A stretch of DNA of 61,376 nucleotides, the filler included. It is 4 parts of 4 records of this genome, joined end to end, with 100 filler letters (N's around TTAATTAATTAA, not from the genome) between each part and the next. Parts side by side here need not be neighbours in the genome. Positions count along the whole stretch, not along the records: positions 51,483 to 61,376 come from DRR378314_2066; 3 more parts are not named here. One strand, given 5' to 3'. The position numbers and the translations under genes are program-made. The notes beneath the pieces are model-generated. The model was not told the DNA's origin and did not search any database. It worked only from the letters and a program-made list of their open reading frames with translations. Every line of letters begins with the position of its first letter. Position 1 is the stretch's first letter. Shown piece by piece: positions 54,701 through 61,376 of this stretch.

Positions 54701-57700
54701 GAGGTGTCCCATAGGCCTGCAACCCAGCAGCTACCTCGGCTCTCTGACAATTGGCCAAACGCCATCCTCGCACATCGCCATGCAAATATCGACCGCCTAT
54801 CCTGGCGCAGCCGCATTCACCCTTCCTGTACCACGGGCAGACCCTCCCATGGCGAACCAACTTTGCTGTAATCCTTTGCATCCTTCAATCCGTAAGCAGT
54901 CACAACCTATACATAGGCGTATACCCAATGCAACGCTACAAACCGAGGCGTGCAGAAATACTGCACGACAGGGAACCATCTTCGCCCACGCGGAGTTGCA
55001 GCGCTACGACGCACGACAAGGCTACCGCGAGCAGCGCACACGCTCCACCAACTACACTCTTGCGCACTCGGACCAAATAACTATGTACCCGCCCCGCCTC
55101 CAACACACACATACGAGAAACAATTCAAATATATCAGCATGCACCGTTGCATCGCAAGCATGAAACCTTCCTAAACGTGAAAATTTGCCAGCATGATCCA
55201 CAATGCGCCCTCTTGCAGTAGATCGCACGCCAGCAGCACAAACGTACGCGCGCTCGCAGAAACGCTCGCCGGTCGGTACTCGGCCAGCAGCCCTTTCGCC
55301 AGCTGCTTGTTCTGCATCATCTCAAAGTGCTCGTACGACTTCCACAGCGACATGACATTCTGCGTTGGCATGACCACAGCGCGTTGGTATGCCTTTCGCA
55401 CCCGCGTCATTCGCTGGCTTTCCTCAAAGTTGCCAGCCACATTCTCCTGCTCCAGGAAGAGAATGAAATCCCGCCAGAGCTTGTCCGCGGTAAATTCGGT
55501 GCCGACTGCATCCAGCGCCTGTCCAAACACAGCGGAAATGCGGTCGCGCGCATCCGGCTTCCCAGCAGCGTCCTGCTGTTCGAGCTCCACGCGCAGAGCC
55601 CACAGCGACACAGCGGGGTACGAATCGAGACATCGCCCAAGCACTTCCAGCGCACTCTTGAAATTTCCTGCGCGCTCGCAATCACAAGCCGTGTGAATCC
55701 AACAAGACGACCAGTCAGCAAACGATGAGATAAACGATGCGCATACTGGCGGTAAAAGGCCTCCGCCATCGCGATATTCAATGCGATAGAGTACCGTCAC
55801 CCCACCCGTCCCTCCCACAGCGAGCGCAGCGGCCGCTGCCTGACGACCTGCGACCCATGCGGCACAAGGACACACTACAGGGTAGGTCTCGAGCGTAGCC
55901 CGTCTCAAAGATCTGCAATGCTCCGCAAGCTAGATCATCCTACCCAGGAATATACTCCGTCATAATCGTTCAAACGCCGCAAACAAGTAGTGTACAGAAA
56001 CGCAGAACATCGTGTGATCCGCCTCTGCACATCGATGCAGCACCTAGCGACAGTCGGGCTCCACGCATGCATGGCAAAACAAAACAAACAAAAAGCCAGC
56101 AGCAGAGCTGTACCCCCCCCCCAAAAAAAAAGCAGAGCTCGACCACAATTCTACGCTGCATGCAAAGCCCGACGCCGAATTCGTTTGCACACAGCGCACA
56201 ATCCCAGCACGCACAGCTCTCACAACACTGCACAAGCCCATAGCATCTCGAGCAGCGTTCGTTGCATCGCCGCGTTGCTGCGCGCTCGAGCCAAGATCAC
56301 ACCTTCGCGTGTTTCGCGCTCCGCATACGCGCGCCAGATAGCCGGTGATGCAGGAAACACCTCCAAGAAAGCCTCGTACACGCGACGAGCATGGCCGAGC
56401 GGCATGGTGCCCGTATCGCCAAGCAAGACTTTCCACTGGGGAATTGCAAACCGATTCAGCCGGATCTGCACAGCCCGAATACCACGCCAAAATACAGCGA
56501 TACGGCATACGTGCAGTCAGAAAACTGGGAGCCAAACTCGCTACAGGAAAACAACCCAGACACGACACGAAATATGTCCACCCACATCAGTTTTCGTAGC
56601 GAGATGGAGCGATAGCACCTAGTGACTTGTACAGCGACAGGTGTTTGCCACCGCAGTCGTTCGCTCTGCAGACTGAACAGCTCGCCCGCCACGACCTGCA
56701 AACTTCCCGCTTGGCGCACGCACTATTCGGAGAAACCAAAAAGTCCGCTGTACCAAGGCTTCGAATACTTCGTGTTCGCAAGCAGCGTCCAGCAGTCTCG
56801 TCTGCGTCACAAAAAAAGCCAAACGTTTCTCGTGCGCGGGCGCGACCGGGCGCGCGCGAGTTTGCCACCACTGTCACTGCAGCTCAATGCCACGCTGCAA
56901 CTCCCAGCAGCAAGCAGCCCGTATCACCTCTCAACAACACCGTCCACGGCATACCGCATCAACTGCTCGGCGTCGTTGTCCGAGAAACTCGCACGCTTGA
57001 AGACGCTCCATAACAGAGTCTGGCGCAGCCTTGCTCTCGCGCTGCGAAGAACCGCCCTCGGGAGCGGAGCCGCTGCCTCGCAGAACCGCAGCGCTTCCGC
57101 TCGCAGTGCTTCCCCCGTCTTCCAAACGCGTAGCCGTGTCTTTTTCCGTCTCTCTTTTCACGGTAAAATCCGCATTTTCATCACCATCACCGTCATCATC
57201 ATCACCATTGTCATCGTCATCAGAGGCGTCCTGATTTTCCTCGTGCTCCGCTTCGTCACCATCAGCTTCCGCTGCGTCGCCGTCAGCTTCCCCCTTGGAG
57301 CCTTCCTCGTCCACTTCGCCAGAAGCACCGGCTTCGTCCAGTTGATCGGCATCGTTGGCATCTCCCACTCCCGCTTGATCATCAGTTTCGTCCATGGCTG
57401 CATTGCTCTCCACAGCATTGTCGCCTGCTGCTTCGTCTTCCTGAGCTGCCTCGGCCATTTCCACGTCCGCATCCTGGGCGGCAGCACTGCCCGCGGCGCC
57501 TTGGCCGGGTGACACGGCAGCGGCGGAGTCCTGCAGCAGTCCGATCCCAAAGCACGCGCGTCAAAAACCCACCGCACATGCAGGATTGACACAAGACCTT
57601 TCTGAACAGAACCTGCAAAATACTACAGTAACAGTCTGCAATTCGGAAATCATCGCTCACTTTGGAGCAGCTACGTGCGCAGCAAAGCAAAGGGGGGAAG

Positions 57701-58360
57701 CGCTTCCCATAGGAACATCCGCAAACGCAACCCGCAGAGCTTCCCAGTGCTGGCGCTCCGCAGCAGCAGTTTCAGCCCGCCGAGCTTCGCCCCACAATGA
57801 CCCATCTTGGCCATGACGCACGACTGCATTCTGTGCACATCACAAAGCCACTGCCATGGTGCCTCCCGTTGGTTCACATGACGCCCACGGGCCGCTTCGC
57901 CCCTGTACGCGCGCTGGAGCGCGAGCAACACACGCAGGATCGTGTGTCGCGTACGACGATTCGCACGTACTCTGCCGACCAAACAGAGACGCATTCAGCA
58001 GCACAGCCTATTTCCTAGGGAAGAAATTCATGAACGCAACATCGAAACAATCTCCTACATAGGTGTCCATTTCGTTCTTCAGCACGGCAAGCGGCGAAGA
58101 AAGCACAGCAGCAGGAAGTCCTCGACAGCGCCAGCGCTGGCGCGGGAGCGCAACGAGGACACCGTGGCCGCATCCGCTAAGAGCAGCAAGCTCGCAAGCC
58201 TCTCGCGGGAATCACAGGAACGTACCGAAACGTTTTCTTCCTCGGCAGACTCGGTGGTGACATGGTCTGCACTTGGCGCAGCTACGTCGTCCTGCGCCGT
58301 CTCCACTGGCGCGGCGCTGGCGTGCTTCGCAGCGGCCTTGCGTTTCTTCGCGGCAGCCAT
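51719..58360 (-). CDS. CSTF3: Cleavage stimulation factor 77 kDa subunit (CstF-77/Suf/Rna14), spliced, 3' end missing
   Basis: Phase-compatible GT-AG exons 58360-58226, 57530-56955, 56801-56754, 56465-56303, 55667-55248, 54628-54489, 53938-53856, 53649-53503, 53126-53018, 52539-52422, 52197-52089, 51847-51719; HAT repeats such as ARRVYEAFLEVFP..IW, SQRMTRVRKAYQRAVVMP..LWKSY, WKKYIALERAN, ARNVYELGLKRF; first three exons less certain. Confidence 0.9.
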
Positions 58361-59003
58361 TCTGCACTAGCACTTCGCCGCTGCACAAGGCCCAATCCCG
58401 ACACGCGCGCGATGGCCTCCCGCAACGTTCCTTTCCCACGGATGGAATAGGACCGCTTTCGGGCTCTGTTCGTGGCGATGCGAATCACGTAAACGCCAAA
58501 GGAAAGGCAGGCGAGTTCCGAACCCCAAGTTTGGCTGAAGGGTAGCGTCGAGCGGATATACAATCCACACACGTGCGCGCGCACCCGTGTACCGGGCACT
58601 GCGAAGCAAGCTGCCAGAGCGCGCCGAGGAGCACGAGACCGCCGCTTTGCTTCGAGGGGCGCGGAGGAAAGCTGCGGCGCCGACAATCGGCTGTGCGTTG
58701 ATCACTATCATTACTTACGCAAGCGCAACCCTTGGTGCAACCCTACATTGATGATCACACTGTGCAACCCGACTCGTTGATGGTCCATGCACTGCACGCC
58801 GCCCGAGTGGATTCGAGTCAACTGCGGTTTTTGAAAACAGCAGCAACAAGGAGCAAACGCACGGCCACTTGGTCTCTCCCCACACCTACCGCTTAACCGA
58901 TTCATCACGCGGAATCTGGCACCGAGTGCCGCGCCCCGTGCGCCAAGCTGAGCAACATTCCCGTTGTATCGTCGACCGCTAGTCACTTTTGGCTTGTGCA
59001 ACC
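58361..59003. promoter_or_regulatory. Putative bidirectional promoter region between CstF-77 and cathepsin B
   Basis: Start codons point away from each other with 643 nt between them; GCAACCC occurs three times within about 45 nt. Confidence 0.45.
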
Positions 59004-61309
59004 ATGCGTGCCATTCTCGTGCTCGCCCTCGCGGCTGCCGCCGTCGCCTCTGTCTACGAAAAGGACACGCGCCAGGTCATCGTACGTCCCTGGAAGCGCA
59101 CGAAAAGCGCAATTCCTGCGGGATACATGTGTCCAAGTTTTCCCTTCTGCTGCGGCCAATGCGCAGGACTGTCTCGACCGCGGAGCGTTTTCCTGCGCTT
59201 TTGCTCTCCCACGCCGCGGGCGCCTCGAGGGGCCCCTGTCACGATACACAGGCAATGTAGGGAAAAGGCTGCGTGCGCGGCCGCACCGCGCTGTCCACGC
59301 GCCGGCCGTGCGCACGCCACTTGTGGACAGTATACGCCCGACTGCTCGCCCATCCTGACACCAGACGATGATATTTGCGTGGACAGTGTCATTTCCCGGG
59401 GCACAACCGCGCGTGATGCGGAGAGGGTCTCGCACAGCGCTTTGTTGCGCCTCGCGCTCAACACGTGGCAGAACGGCATGGAAGTTTTGGCGCGCAAGCC
59501 CGCTCGCTGCGCCCCGCCCGCTCACCGCCCCGTCAAAACTGCGTTGTTTTTTTCTTTCTTCTGTGCGACGGCGAACATTGGTTGCGCTGCAGAACGAAGA
59601 CCTCATCCACGATATCCACGAAAAGACTATTCTGTGGAAGCCGCACGCCAACGGCCGCTTCCTGAACGCCACCTTCCACGACGCCCGCCGTCTCATGGGA
59701 ACCCGCATGGGCGGCCCGCGCCCCGACCACATGGTACGGCTTGCGCCACGCACGCGGCGCCCGGACCGCTCACGGGCGCCCCCGTCACAAGCGGTCCCAC
59801 GCACTCGTCGCCCCAGCGGCGACGGCAGCGGTGGCGCCAACTCCCGTTCCCTTTCCCCCATCTCCTCCCCAGCGACTGCAACGTATGCGACTGGATGTAG
59901 CGGCGCATCACGGCGCGATTGGGTGCAAGAATCTGACGTGCCTTTGCCCTGCGTCTTGCGCCCTGCTACTCGGGTGCGAGCACAGGTCTCCACTGTCAAG
60001 TCGAGCCTCCCGTCCTCGTTCGACTCCCGCCAGAACTGGCCCCAGTGCGCCTCGATCAGCCACATCCGCGACCAGGCATCGTGCGGGTGCGTTGCTTGAT
60101 TCTGTCGCAAGCAAACACGAAGCCGCCCTTGTCAGCATTATGAAAGGCACACAGTATGCCAACGCCGTGGGACACCAGCGTTGCCCACGTACTTGCCGCG
60201 CTGTGCGAGGGTGCCACTGCGCCACCGGCGCGGTCGCAAACTTTGTTAACCTCGCTCCTTCACCCTCTTCCGCACCGCCTGCAGCTCTTGCTGGGCGTTT
60301 GGCGCTGTCGAGGCCATGACGGACCGCTACTGCATCCACAACAACGGCGCCTCGAACCCGGAGCTGTCGGCTGAAGATATGCTCACGTGCTGCAGCTACT
60401 GCGGCAGGTACGCTCTCCCGCAGCGCGTTGACCCGTCGCGCCGGCGGCGACATGCTTGCGCTTACCATGGGCACGGCATGTCTCGAATCCAGATGCTTGT
60501 CCAAGATATCACAACATCTGGCAGCCCGTACCAAGTGCTCTCAGTTCCACACTCACGATCTCCGGCAATCCTTTTTCCCTTGTTTGTTTGCCTGGTTCGC
60601 GCCTCTGTGCAGCGGCTGTGACGGTGGCTTCCCGTCGTCTGCTTGGGACTACTGGGCCTCCACCGGTGTCGTGACCGGCGGTGACTACGGAACGCGCCAG
60701 GGCTGCCGTACGTTGTTGGTGTTGTTTTCGTCGCGCTTGCCATCCCGCTCGCAAGCGCTTCGCAACATGGCATCCAAGTCCCGCCCTTGGTCACGAGCTC
60801 TGTCAGAAGCCACGTGCTGATAGGCTGTTTTGTTATTGATGATGATGATGATGACGTTGCTGTGTAGTGCCGTGCTTGCTCTGCTTTCGCGCCGCGCCCG
60901 CCCTCCCTGATAGGCGACCGATCGACTCCGCGCATTCCATGCAGAGCCCTACACCATCCAGCCGTGCGAGCACCACGTCTCCGGCAGCCGCCCGAAGTGC
61001 ACTGAAGGCGGCGGCACCCCGTCGTGCAAGCACTCGTGCGAGTCCGGCTACAAGAAGTCGTACTCCGCGGACAAGGTACGAGCCGCCTTGCGCGCTTGCG
61101 TGCGTGCCGTCCGGAGGCCATCGCCAAACGACTCGCGCTGCACTCCCACTCAATCGTCACTCCCTTTCATGTGGCGCGCGCGCAGATCAAGGGCAAGCAG
61201 TCGTACGGAGTCACCTCGGACGTCGAGGCCATCCAGACCGAGATCATGACCAACGGTCCCGTCGAGGGCGCGTTCTCCGTGTACTCGGACTTCCTTGCTT
61301 ACAAGAGCG
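59004..61309 (+). CDS. CTSB: Cathepsin B (papain family C1A), spliced, 3' end outside the window
   Basis: Phase-compatible exons 59004-59081, 59593-59733, 59986-60086, 60285-60407, 60613-60707, 60945-61075, 61186-61309; signal peptide, [30 protein letters not shown], occluding loop [22 protein letters not shown]. Confidence 0.95.
60838..60856. repeat. (GAT)n microsatellite in a cathepsin B intron
   Basis: Five GAT units followed by GAC. Confidence 0.7.
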
Positions 61310-61376
61310 GTACGCTGTGCAGCGGCTTCGCGCATGCACATCCCCAGCGCACTCCAGGCGTCGCATCGTTTGCGCT

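Noticed and set aside
58380..58800. Possible snRNA, SRP RNA or C/D snoRNA between CstF-77 and cathepsin B (TTACTTAC, TGATGA)
   Set aside because: No full U1 5' end (ATACTTACCTG), no SRP helix-8 motif and no properly placed D box with terminal stem
58983..60534. Long ORFs 58983-60110(-), 58989-59900(+) and 59908-60534(-)
   Set aside because: Intron read-through or antisense frames of the spliced cathepsin B gene

Overview
The window is not one locus. It is four unrelated contigs joined by artificial 100-nt spacers (44 N + TTAATTAATTAA + 44 N) at 22555-22654, 41885-41984 and 51383-51482. Contig 1 (1-22554) is GC-rich and looks like a Roseobacter-group alphaproteobacterium: ftsH(5' part)-tilS-cpoB-pal-tolBARQ-ybgC-hypothetical-ruvBAC, a DUF1127 small protein, prmA, an MFS transporter, priA, transaldolase, DUF484-xerC, pcs, two orphan ORFs and ileS (3' part). 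Contig 2 (22655-41884) is AT-rich and looks like a Pseudoalteromonas-type gammaproteobacterium: MYG1-family hydrolase, rplS-trmD-rimM-rpsP, ffh, ypjD, yfjD, mscS, aroC, prmB, smrB, AEC transporter, SDR, RidA, sixA, M16 peptidase and a PAS-GGDEF-EAL protein, ending in an ERIC/MITE-like repeat. Contig 3 (41985-51382) is eukaryotic: the 5' half of a spliced midasin (MDN1/Rea1) gene with the whole six-AAA ring in one >7.3-kb exon. Contig 4 (51483-61376) is eukaryotic: an intron-rich CstF-77/Rna14 gene with a long acidic N-terminal extension, head-to-head with an intron-rich cathepsin B gene. The mix suggests a marine protist culture assembled together with associated bacteria (inference). I found no convincing novel multi-gene system, CRISPR array, prophage or recoded genetic code. 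The best leads are cis-regulatory motifs (tandem LysR boxes at the DUF1127 gene, CtrA-like boxes at pal and three uncharacterised genes), a probable inactive DUF2927-like protein coupled to ybgC-tol-pal, two orphan ORFs, and an identical 15-nt splice-donor context shared by the two eukaryotic contigs. All family assignments are from motif recognition, not database searches.
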